Assembly (NCBI RefSeq): GCF_018350175.1
Contig: NC_058368.1
Location: 7,750,001-7,814,000 of the forward strand
Direction: 5' to 3'
Length of the DNA: 64,000 bases
Source: Felis catus
Taxonomy: Eukaryota
The translations under genes and the position numbers were made by a program. A model generated the notes under the pieces. That model saw nothing but the letters and a program-made list of their open reading frames with translations, was not told the DNA's origin and did no database searches. Each line of letters begins with the position of its first letter. The first letter of the stretch is position 1. Below, piece after piece: positions 37,624 to 49,185 of this stretch.

Positions 37624-38439
37624 CTCTCTCTCTCTCCGTCTCTCCCTCTCCGTCTCTCCCTCTCCCTCTCCCTCTCTCCCTCTCCCTCTCTCCCTCTCCT
37701 TCTCCCTCTCCTTCTCCCTCTCTCCCTCTCTCCCTCTCTCCCTCTCCCTCTCCCCCTCTCCCCCTCTCCCCTCTCCCCCTCTCCCCCTCTCCCCCTCTCC
37801 CTCTCCCCCTCTCCCCCTCCCCCTCTCCCCCTCTCCCCCTCCCCCTCTCCCCCTCTCCCCCTCTCCCTCTCTCCCTCTCTCCCTCTCCCCCCCTCTCTCT
37901 CTCCCTCTCTCTCCCTCTCCCTCTCCATCTCTCCCTCTCCCTCTCCATCTCTCCCTCTCTGTCTCCTCCCTCTCTCCCTCTCCGTCTCTCCCTCTCCCTC
38001 TTCCCCCTCCCTCTCCCCCTCTCCCTCTCCGTCTCTCCCTCTCCCTCCCTCTCTCTCTCTCCCCCTCTCCGTCTCTCCCTCTCCGTCTCTCCCTCTCCCT
38101 CTTCCCCCTCCCTCTCCCCCTCTCCCTCTCCCCCTCTCCCTCTCCGTCTCTCCCTCTCCCTCCCTCTCTCTCTCTCCCCCTCTCCGTCTCTCCCTCTCCG
38201 TCTCTCCCTCTCCCTCTTCCCCCTCCCTCTCCCCCTCTCCCTCTCCGTCTCTCCCTCTCCCTCCCTCTCTCTCTCTCCCCCTCTCCGTCTCTCCCTCTCC
38301 GTCTCTCCCTCTCCCTCTCCCCCTCTCCGTCTCTCCCTCTCCCTCTCCCCCTCTCCGTCTCTCCCTCTCCCTCTCCCTCTCTCCCCCTCCCTCTCTCCCC
38401 CTCCCCCCTCTCCCCCTCCCCCTCTCCCCCTCCCCCTTT
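37624..38439 (+). repeat. ~810-bp polypyrimidine tract of CCCTCT/CCGTCT/CT units
   Basis: Almost only C and T (a few G in CCGTCT, two A); includes a higher-order ~101-bp tandem unit. Confidence 0.97.
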
Positions 38440-40914
38440 CAGTCTGGGTCCACTTAACTTCTTCTTCAGAACTGCTCAGGCTTTTGCCTTCTCTGTGAAC
38501 CCTTTGTCTCTGCCCTGTTGGTACCTTATTTATTATATATGCATTTATTATATCACAGTCAGTATGTTCTGTTTGCATGACTTTGTTACCTACCACATTA
38601 TATCCTCTTTGAGGGAAAGGTTTGTGTTTTATTCATCATTGTATTCCAAGTATTTAGAACAGGTCCTGATACAAAAAGATCTCTTAGATGTTTAGTTGGA
38701 AATGCGTGTTCTTCAAGGGATATATGATAGTCAAGATAAATTGGGAATTAGCTTACAGATGAGATTTTACTATAATTTATGTCCTGTGCAGTGAGACTTC
38801 TACATGTGGTCTTTTCGCCTCACCCTCGTGCTTTCTATGGCTGCCATCCGTTTTCAGATGTCATTTTGTCTTCTTTTGCTTCTCATGATAATTTAAATGG
38901 TACTGATACCGTAAGTCTTTTCATTCGGTATCACATAGAAGGTTTTACTTTCAGGTTAAGTTTTAATCTCTTGCTACTTATTGGAGAAACTTAAATCTGT
39001 AATGGCACATTTTTGGGGATCTCTTCTATTCAAGAGTGAAGGGTGTTAGGGTAATTACAGGTTTTTGAGGGTTGGGGTGGGGAGAGAAGTGATGGATTCC
39101 TCTTCGGAAAAATAAGAAACAGAAGGAGACCTGTTGGGAAGGGAGAATGCTACATTGGATTTATTTAAATACTTTTTTTCTATGTTGCTTAGTGCACCGG
39201 TATAAGGAAATAAATTGCACCAATTGTAATGACCAGCTCAAAAGCAAGTCTGAATTTGAAATACGTGTCCGAAATTTAGGTGCCTTGTGTAAATCCTATC
39301 TGATAGGTTGTGATTTTGTTTAAGTAAATATTCTTTGATGTGTTGAACTTTTCTGATAATTAGGATACTCTTTAGGCCAGACATTTTCTAAAATAGAAGT
39401 TTTAAGTTAGTGAAAGCTTAATTAAGGTGATAGTATTTTTGCTGCGTATCAAAGTCTTACAGTTGTGAGCTGTGTTACTAGAAATAAGTTCCTTTAAAAT
39501 TCTTTCGTTTATAATATTGTTCTGATGAGTACATTTTTATTTTCATCCACAGAAGTTGCTTGTGATGTAGACATGAAGGGTAATTGAATTGGTGTGAGAT
39601 TGCATAGAGGTGGAAATGTGTTAGCCTCATGAAACACTTATCCACTGCTATAATTATTGGGTTGGTAGGTAGTTTAGTTGTCTTTCTTATGCAAGTTTAC
39701 TTTTTTTCCCCTTAAATCAAAGACCACTGGCAAAGGCCCATCTCTGCAGTTAGAATCTAATTTGCATAGAATAATTCCCATAGGCGTTATTTGCAAGGTT
39801 ACTTTGAAATTTAGAAATCAAGAGTTTTCTTCAAATTGATTGTCTCTACTAGCCAAAATTATATGTTATGTATTTGTCTGGCCATGACACTTTTTCTGAA
39901 GAAAGTTAATTGTAACTGTTTGCTTCAGCAGACTTACGACAGAACAGTGAGTAAACATAGATTTTCTTCTTTCAGGCTTAAATTAGTCACCTTTCCTAGG
40001 AATATACCAGCATTCCTTAAAGGGAAAAATATGTATACAAAAAAAAAAAAAAAATATACACACACACAAATTCCCTTGAGATGTAATTTAGTGCAAATTT
40101 AGAGGTAAGATGGTGACAACTACCATTAACTTTCACGTATAAAAAAGCCCCGCCAACTACTATTAAGATTGTTTGCTAACTTTATGACAATGTTTGCCAA
40201 TGAATTTATGCTTTTATTGGACAAGCTATTCAGTTATCAGTCTGTTCACATTACTGGTATTTATAAGTCCCATGAAATGTGTGCATTTTTTAAAAAATTT
40301 TTGAGATGATTTCATTGAGTACCTTAAGTCGAATGCCCACTTCAGACATAATGACTTGTACTTTAACCTGCATAGAATTTTAAAAATTAAAAAAATCAAT
40401 TCAAAACAAATCTATTTCTTAGGAATTAGCTGCTGCTTTGAAGTGGGGGCAATTCCTCAGTAGGAAATAAGGTAGCAAAATGGGGAGCAGAAAAAGATAA
40501 GAGTTTGGAGAATATTTTTACCTGTATTTTGTGCCCTTGAAGCATTTCTTCATATTGCAGTGAGAATAGGTAAGTGCCAGTGGAAAAAATTGTGTAGAGC
40601 ATTTAACTTTGCTGGTAATTTCTATTCATTAAAGTTGGGTAAAGTGGGATTATAATGTATATCTCTACAACAGTTGTTGCTTTATATCATATTGTTGTTC
40701 AGCCTGTTAGGACTGTGGGTTATTTTGGAGGTGTGTATTGGGGGTGGGGGTGGGAAATGGTGGGTGGTGATAGGGACGTTAGAGGGAGTATCTTAGAAAT
40801 TTTGCTTGTTTCCTATTCCACCATTCCTGCTATCCTCTCTATGCTAGTTATGTTAGTTTAGATTAGTGTGGGGGATGTTAGGAGTGGCCTGGTTTCTTTC
40901 CTTCTTTTTCCTAG

Positions 40915-41076
40915 CCAAGGAAGTATCGCCTGGGGATGCTGGAGGAGAGGCTAGTTCCGATGGGATCAAAGGCACGAAAAGCAAAGAACCCTATTGGCTG
41001 CCTTGCTGACAGGTGTAAATCAGGAGTACCCATCAATATGGTTTGGTGGAACAGAGTCACAGAAAACAATTTACAG
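40915..41076 (+). CDS. PAN3: PAN3 exon 5, 162-nt frame-preserving (phase 0-0) cassette-type exon
   Basis: Strong pyrimidine tract + CCTAG; PRKYRLGMLEERLVPMGSKARKAKNPIGCLADRCKSGVPINMVWWNRVTENNLQ (54 aa), matching the recalled long human isoform; donor CAG|GTAAAA. Confidence 0.92.
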
Positions 41077-41811
41077 GTAAAAATAATTTTATTAGACATT
41101 TTTTGAAAGTGAATATCTTGGCTGCTTTCTGTGTCTGTGTGGGTGGTGGGTGTGAAGGTTGGATGGCTTAGTTGATATCCTTAGGTGATTTTTTTTTTTT
41201 TTTTTTTTTAAATCGAAGTAAGTTTAGTGGCCCGTTAACCAATTCATTGATTTTCTGTGGTGGCTTTTGAGCTTTCTCTGCTTGTAGTTATTTTCCTATT
41301 CTTTTATTAAATTTAGTTTTTCCCTTTTGGATTTTGTTATGAGTTCAAATTATATTTCACACACAGTTATTCAGGGTACTGTATTCAAAAGTCGTTATAA
41401 AATTTATAGAAGTCTCATTTATTTGCAATCTCAATAACAGGAAGCTTCATATGTTGTCTTTCTGTACATTTTTTACTACTAAATAAAACTTGGATGTAAA
41501 TGACTTGTTACGTGTTGGTTCTAAAACCAGCTTCGACAGTATGTTGTCATAGAGTTGTGGCAGGCGCATTTCAGTCTATCATTGCTGAATAATGAAAATG
41601 GATTTTATCACAAAGGTTAGCTTTTCAGTAAGATTCTGAAGTACCAGGGGAAAGGTTTGAATTATATTCAATTGTAATTTGGATAATAATGATTATATTC
41701 TCCTTTAATGACACTGGTAATGGTATAATACAGACCTGTTAATCAGACCTGCAGTCTAGGTGGAAGTCGAATATCCTTCTCCCCAAACTTTCAGAATACA
41801 TGGGTATTTAA

Positions 41812-42031
41812 AAAAAAATTTTTTTTCAACGTTTTTATTTATTTTTGGGACAGAGAGAGACAGATCATGAATGGGGGAGGGGCAGAGAGAGAGGGAGATG
41901 CAGAATCGGAAACAGGCTCCAGGCTCCGAGCCATCAGCCCAGAGCCTGACGCGGGGCTCGAACCCACGGACCGTGAGATCGTGACCTGGCTGAAGTCGGA
42001 CGCTCAACCGACTGCGCCACCCAGGCGCCCC
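41812..42031 (-). mobile_element. Young SINEC_Fc just downstream of exon 5
   Basis: TSD TACATGGGTATTT; near-consensus body. Confidence 0.93.
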
Positions 42032-44712
42032 TACATGGGTATTTTTAATGCATTGGTAGCCCAGAGGCTGTAAGCCCACATACATACACCACATGCAGAA
42101 AACATACAACAAAGTTAACAATTTGGTTTTATTTCTGTTACCACTTTGTGTTATGAAGGGGTTCCACGATACTTTGGTCTGTTCAGTATTAATACCACAG
42201 CGATATCTATATTCCCTTGGGCATAGAAATAAACAAGTTACTACAAAAATATTGCGAAACATAGCATTTGCCCCAAGTGAAGTTTTCATAGTATTTCCTA
42301 AAGGTAAGGAAAAGTTTTGGGGGGTGGGTAGGGTCCCCAGGATAATATCCTCAAAATTTCCTTGGAGAGTTTTGAATCTGGCAATAATGAATAGCAGTAC
42401 AGTTCGTTGAATTTTTTATCTTTGAGATTGGTAGGAGAGAGATTCGATGTTGGCGGTTAGAATTATTTTTCAGTTTTAAAAAGAAAGTCTGAAAATAAAT
42501 TGCACCCTAACTAGACAAGAACAGAGACGAGTGGAGGTGGAGTTGGCGTGCGGGCTGTGGGGCGTGACACTGGTCGTGCACGGGCAGAGCCACTCAGCCT
42601 CTCCACAATATGCCCGTCTTATCCCAGTGACGGTCTCGAGGTACCTCTTTAGAGCGCAGCTCGAAACACCATTAGGTTGCTGTAAGAGCGAATGCTAGAA
42701 TTATGCTTTCTGTTTGGTTAAAACGGGTTATAATAGACAAACCTTTCAATGTGCGAAAGATTGGTGTTCTCTGAAACTCACATTTCAAATACTACTGTTA
42801 TTTTATGCTGCAGATAGTTCTTTTCCTTTAAGGACATGAGGATGCCTTATTAGCTTGGTCTAACATCGGAAGGACGGTACCTCCTCCCAGTATCAGTGAC
42901 ACGTTGAAGTACTAAAAAATACCCACTTAGTGTCCATTACTGTATCTGTGGGTTCCTACATTGGGCACCTGGTGGTGTTTATGCAGGGCAAGGAGCATGT
43001 CAGCCTCTTTTCTTTTCTTTTGGCGGGGGTGAGGGGGGTAGGGGGGGTGGGGGGGTGGGGTGGTTATCTTTTTGTTGTGTGAAGAAAACTAATTCAAGTA
43101 AATCCATTCTTTTACCATTTTTGTTTTAGTTTTATATGATGCTTTTTAACATTTTCTATTTGTTCACATAAAAATTTTTACTCAAAAAATGCGTAGCCAG
43201 ATACGTTAATCTTTCCTGTTTCCTTTCCTTTAAATCTTAGGTCTTCTCAATCCTACGGTCAGAGAAATATTAATTTATATTTCATTTTAGTAGTTATAGC
43301 TGTTGTACTTAAATGGTTACCTTGTGCCGGATGCTCTGGTGAGCTCTTTACATAAATCATCCCTTTTGGTGTTCCTCACAGTTCAGGACGCAAATGTTAT
43401 TGTTAAACGAAGAAACATCTTCAGAGAAGCTAAGTAACATTAAGGTTAAATAGTAGCCAGTAGAGAAGTGGGCCTTTTCACCCATGTTTGTCAGACTTTA
43501 AAGATCTCTTTCCCTCTCTCTGGTATACCCTCTAATGTATTAGAGCTGTGATTGATTTAATGACCTAGCTAGTTAACTGAACTTGTGTGGAGGAACTTTG
43601 TTTTAGGTGAGAGTGCATCCATAGACTGTGCATACTGGACATGGACTGTAGCCTCTGCATAACTGCAGTATTTGTAAAGTTAGTCCTTTTCCTCACCTTT
43701 CCATCCGATTCTTAGTGACACTTAGTTACTTTTCTTTCTGGATCTGGAAACATCTTTACATTGATTTCTTGGTCTTAACCTAACACCTCTAGAAGTTTTC
43801 CAATTTCTGAAAACAAAAGGTAACCAACAAAAACCTTGAATCAAAAACAGCAACAGAAACTTTCTCTGAAGTCTGAAGGTTTCCACCTGAATCATTCATA
43901 ATTTCATTTATTCTCTTCAGTGTTGGATTTCTTTCAAGAGCTCTATGATCCCCCATCTTTTAACACTTAGCAATCTTTTTATTTCTTTTTCACCAAGAAT
44001 CTCATGATATGAGAGAGCCTGTTTACCAAACCCACGACTTTTATAAAACAGTGATTCATGCTTTCATTCTAATACATTCATACAAAAAAAAAAAAAAAAG
44101 ATGTATAAATACAAAACATGCTCGTCAGAGAATCAACGATACTATTTTCCTTAGGTTTTTTTGTAGCTTGGTGGAGGCTAAATTTATTTTACATGTGGCT
44201 CTTTTGACGTACATCAGGTCTCTGTACTATGTTTGTGGAGTTTCCACTTGAGGACCTTTAGAATAGCTTCTGTTCTTTTCTCTGATGTCTTTACCACCCA
44301 TTTATTCCTTCAGTATCTGCAACTTGGCATTTTACAAGTTTCGCTGAAATTGCTCTCGTAGAATGTCAGAGATCTTCTTGATTACCAAATACAGCATTTG
44401 ATCCAGCACTTAGAACTGCTGGCCACCTCTCTGTTTTTGAAACTCTTTCCTCTTTGCAGTCTTGACTCTTGTTTCACTTGTGGCTCCTTGTGAGCTCCTT
44501 TTCTTGGCCCGCTTGTTTTTTGCTTTCCCTTGTACGCTTAAAATTCTTGAAATTTTATTTCTATTAGAACCGTCTACTGAGTTCAAGATCCAGATTTTTT
44601 GTGCTTTCTATCTTTGCGTGTAGATACGTATCCCATTATCACTGCAAATTTGGCATGTCTAAACCTCGGTGCATTTTTCTCTTCTCCGAATCTACGGATC
44701 CTTTTGTGGTTC

Positions 44713-44820
44713 TTTTTTTTTTTTTTTTTTTTTTTTATTTTGTTTCAGTATGTGAAATTTATCGTCAAATTGGTTTCCATACAACACCCAGTGTTCATCC
44801 CGAAAGATGCCCTCCTCAAT
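44713..44820 (-). mobile_element. Very short young felid L1 3' end
   Basis: Poly(T) then ...GTCAAATTGGTTTCCATACAACACCCAGTG...GCCCTCCTCAAT (reverse of GATGAACACTGGGTGTTGTATGGAAACCAATTTGAC); flanked by TGTGGTT. Confidence 0.82.
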
Positions 44821-46019
44821 ATGTGGTTTTTCTTTAGTAAATGACTTCCTCATCTTCCCAGTCACTGAGGCAACATGTGTTGACTTCTTCCCAGTCATCT
44901 CTCACATTCTGCCATTTGGTATAAGAAGGGAACTGCTGAAGTTTGGCTACCCATTAATTGACGGATAATACATTGGGCAATGCATTTGCCATCATATCAA
45001 GGCTGTTCTACAGTAATGACATACCAGCCCCAGTTGACAAATAACGAAAGTTGCAATTTAGAAAAACCTTACTTTTTTTTTAAAAGGTTTTATTATTATT
45101 TTTTTTAAGTAATCTCTACACCCAACATGAGGCTCAAACTCACAACCCAGAGACCAAGAGTCACACACTCTACCAACTGAGCCAGCCAGGCACCCCCCAA
45201 AATTTTGTTGTTAATAAGTGATAGAGCTAGGATTCCTAGCTCAAGTCTATTTAATTGTAAATCGGAGATTTTTCTACTATGTTGTCTGCTGTAGTCTGTA
45301 TTCTTTAAAATTCTACAGTATCTTCTTCCTTCCTTTTTTAACACTACTGACATAGTTTATATAAACCCTAAGTGTATCTTCTGAATAATTTTTCTCAAAT
45401 CCCTTCAGGATCTGTTCTACTTATCTAGGGCTATCTCTCTTTAATCATCCACACTTCCTAAATTCTAATCATTTTGAATCTTTCATACCTCATATAACAT
45501 GAAATATGTTGTCACTTCTCTGTATCTTTGTGTTTTGTGCTGTTATTAACTGAATCTGAAAAACAAACAAAAAATCTTTCCTCCTTTTCCCTTCAAGAGT
45601 TAACTCAAATACTACCTTCTCTGTGAATGCTTGCTTAAACACCTCAAAGAAATTTTTTTTTTTTTTTTTTTTTTACTGTTTCTATGATACTTGGTGTTAA
45701 GACTTATCTCATTTTGTTTTATATTAAGTTTCTCTATCTCTTTGCCTTTTCTCACTGGACTGTAAATATTTTGAGTCTGAGCATGTATTTGCTGCTATTT
45801 TTGTACCATTAATGTATTTTGTCTCAAAATGTTACTGTTTAATTTCCTTTTATTAGGCAATGTATGCAGTTTTCTGGTATTCTAATACTTTTATACCTTT
45901 AAAAAATTTGATCATGGGTTTTTTGGGCTATATGGCCACCATGTTTCACTTTAATGATCACAACCGATTTAGAACAGAGGATGGTGATTTCTTTTGAAAT
46001 GTTAGAGGATCTTCTATTT

Positions 46020-46254
46020 ATTTTATTTTATTTTATTTTTGTAATTTTTTAAAAATGTTTATTTATTTTTGAGAGAGACAGAGACAGAATACGAGTGGGT
46101 TGGGGCAGAGAGAGAGGGAGGCACAGAATCCGAAGCTGGCTCCAGGCTCTGAGCTGTCCGCACAGAGCCCGACACGGGGCTAGGACTCACGGACCACGAG
46201 ATCATGACCAGAGCCAAAGTCGGACGCTCAACCGACGGAGCCACCCGGGTGCCC
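46020..46254 (-). mobile_element. CAN-SINE
   Basis: TSD GAGGATCTTCTATTT. Confidence 0.9.
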
Positions 46255-46977
46255 TGAGGATCTTCTATTTTTTTGAAACGCAGAAGTTTAACATTATTGT
46301 CCAAGTATTCTTGATACTTTTCTATCTCCTGAGCCTGGCAGTAGTCTTAATTACTTCTTGACACTGTTGTGAAGTTACAAGGCTTCTCCATGTTGTACTT
46401 TGCTCACCATCTTTGCCTGGACACCAAGCAGATGGCGGATGGAAGGTTACTGGAGACTCCACACCAGGAGTACTTTATTTTACCTGAGTGTGAATTCTCT
46501 ATCTTTTCTTAGCCTTTGCCTGCGATGATTACCCATTTCTCTGTCTGACAAAAGATGTATGTGAATTTCAAATTTTTTTCTTAGAACAGTGATTCTCTAG
46601 TTCAGATACTGTTGTTTAGGATTGAAATATTCTGTCACCTACCTTACAGAATTATGAGGATTCAAATTTCCAAGCCCATGGTGGATATTAAATAAATTTC
46701 CATATCTACAGTTGCACCTTATCGCTTCTAAACTTTGTCTTTGTTTATATTTATTTAGGGTGCTGTCAGTTATATTCAGATGTGTGTGGCTCTGTGCGTG
46801 TGTGTGTGTGTGTATGTGTGTGTGTGTGTGTGTAATGAGGCAGTGACATTAATTGTCTTTTAGAGGCTCACATTTTAACTAATACTCTTGAATATTTTTA
46901 AAAATTAGTTTAGAACTGCTTTTTTTTTTGGAAGGCTAACAGTGTGCTCCCATCTTTCCCATAAGAATGAGGTGTCA

Positions 46978-47178
46978 GGGCTCCTGGGTGGCTCAGTCCA
47001 TTGAGCATCTGACTTCTGCTTGGGTCATGATCTCGTGGTTCGTGAGTTTGAACCCCACATCGGGTTCGCTGCTGTCAGCGTGGAGCTCACTTCTGATCCT
47101 CTGCCCCCCTTTCTCTTTGCCCCTCCCCTGCTTGTGCTGGCTCTCATTCAAAAATAAACAAACATTAAAAACAAAAGA
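46978..47178 (+). mobile_element. CAN-SINE
   Basis: SINE head and tail; degenerate TSD AAGAAT(G/T)AGG(T/G)GTCA. Confidence 0.87.
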
Positions 47179-48959
47179 ATTAGGGGTCAACTTGAATAAA
47201 AGAAGGGGAAGTGCATGATTTTGTAAACTTCTCAAGGTGTTACTGGTTAAGATTTACTTAAAAGTAATGACATGTTAAATAAAATCATATTCATTTTGTC
47301 TCAATATGGATCATAAATTATTAGTGTTACTGTTGTTTTAGCTTACCCCCGAAGTGATATAAATGGATGAGAACGGTTGGACTGTTGGGCGTATTAGGGA
47401 GATTCATACTTGTCAACATCACTTTTGATGGCATTTGCCCCCCCTTGTGGTCTGATTAAATGGCATTTCTTGTAAGAAGTATTTAAGTAGAAGAATGCTC
47501 ACATTAAAATCTTTTGGCCCACAAATCCTCCTGTGAATTCTAGTTGCTTGTTACTGGTGCTTTTAAGATCCCAGAGAGGTTTTGGAAACTCACTGGATAT
47601 ACTTCAATCTTTAGTTTCTTGCTGAGTTTTAGTGTTATTTCAGGTGATTTCCAGACTTTAGGCCCTAGGAGATGGAATCGTTTGGGCTTTAGATGGAATG
47701 GGTTGGAATTTTATGAGGTTGAGGCTTAAACCTGTCTCTCCTCAGTACTTTGAAGAGTTCTAGAACTGTGGTGCAGCTCAAATGGCATTAGTACGTACAT
47801 ACTGCTTTCTGACCTCAGATCTACTTCTTTTCTCTTATCTTATAGCTGCTATTCCAAACCGTTAACACTCTGCTCACACCTACTCACCGCTTCTCTGTTA
47901 CTTTTGAGTAAGTGACTTGTGTTGTTCAGAGGAGGGAAAAAGAGAGAATGAATTGTCTCATGTGGCAGCTTTTGACCTGTATACGGCATTTGCATTCATA
48001 CCCTTCCTGTTTTTCTTCCTGTGTCAGACAAACAGGTGTTCTTCTAGTATATGCTTCAGAGCCTATCTTTATTCCCTCTAACAATGTATTCTATTATTTA
48101 TCCCTTTTCAGTTGTAGTCAGTCTCTCCCTCGACAGTGATTTCTTCCTGATAGTTTGTGAACATGCCATGTTTAAGTTTCTTTTGCTCTGGGACCCCAAG
48201 GGTAAGGAATGCTACGTGAGGAAATGTTCTAGGGTCAACATGTTTGAGAGACTGCAAAACAATTTGAGAAATGCTTCCTGCTTATTGTTGCTATTTTTTT
48301 TTTTTAACTGTTAATTCATCCCTCAATCCCCAGTGTTTTGCTGTTCACTTTCATGACCCTGTTGAAACTCTTGTTGATAAGGTTACCAGAAGTATCAGTT
48401 CTTGCTTGATCTCTCTCTGCTCCATTTGACATTGTTGACCATTCCTCTTTCTTTGAAACTTTTGTTCTCTTAGCTCTTCGACTGTTCTTTCATAGTCTCT
48501 CTTGAGGACCTCTTGTCTGTGGTCCTGGCCTCAGGAACTCTCCTAAGCTCTTGTCCTTGACTCTCTTCTCATTTACCTCACACAGCGCCCCTTGGGGATC
48601 TCAGCACATCTTCATGACTTCAGCTACTCCCTACTCATAGTTGACTTCCAGGTATATATTTTTTTATCCTCTCTCTCCTCTACACTCACTGTAATTACTA
48701 GCTTCTTCAGAACATCTTCATCTATACGGCATAAGACTATGGAAATTCGTTATGTCTAAAATGAATATCACATCTTTTCCTTTAAACCTGTTCACACACA
48801 TCTGGACACACTCATTCACAACTCTGTGCTGTCTTGTTTATTGATGTCACCCAGTTGTCTAACTTACGAGTTTTCTTGCCTCTTCCATCTTCCTTATCTG
48901 TCATATCATTTGGCCAACAAGGGTTCGTTGATTGGGCTACTTTGAAATTGTCTAGACAC

Positions 48960-48983
48960 TTTTTTTTTTTAAAGTTTATTTGT

Positions 48984-49037
<54 letters not shown>

Positions 49038-49185
49038 TGAAGGAATGAATGAATGAATGAATGAATGAATATGAATCCCAAGCAGGTGCTGTTGGTATGG
49101 AGCTCAACGTGGGGCTCAATCCCATGAACCGTGAGATCATGACCTGAGCCAAAATCAGGAGTCAGATGCCCAACTGACTTGCCAC
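48960..49185 (-). mobile_element. CAN-SINE with (GA)n and (GAAT)n expansions, inside L2-like remnants
   Basis: SINE body motifs; TGAAATTGTCT repeated on both sides. Confidence 0.8.

Noticed and set aside
37442..38695. Long ORFs (303-393 aa) on both strands, Arg/Glu/Gly-rich or Ser/Pro/Leu-rich
   Set aside because: Artefact of the CT tract: one strand nearly lacks A and the other T, so stop codons cannot occur. No domain, promoter or splice support.
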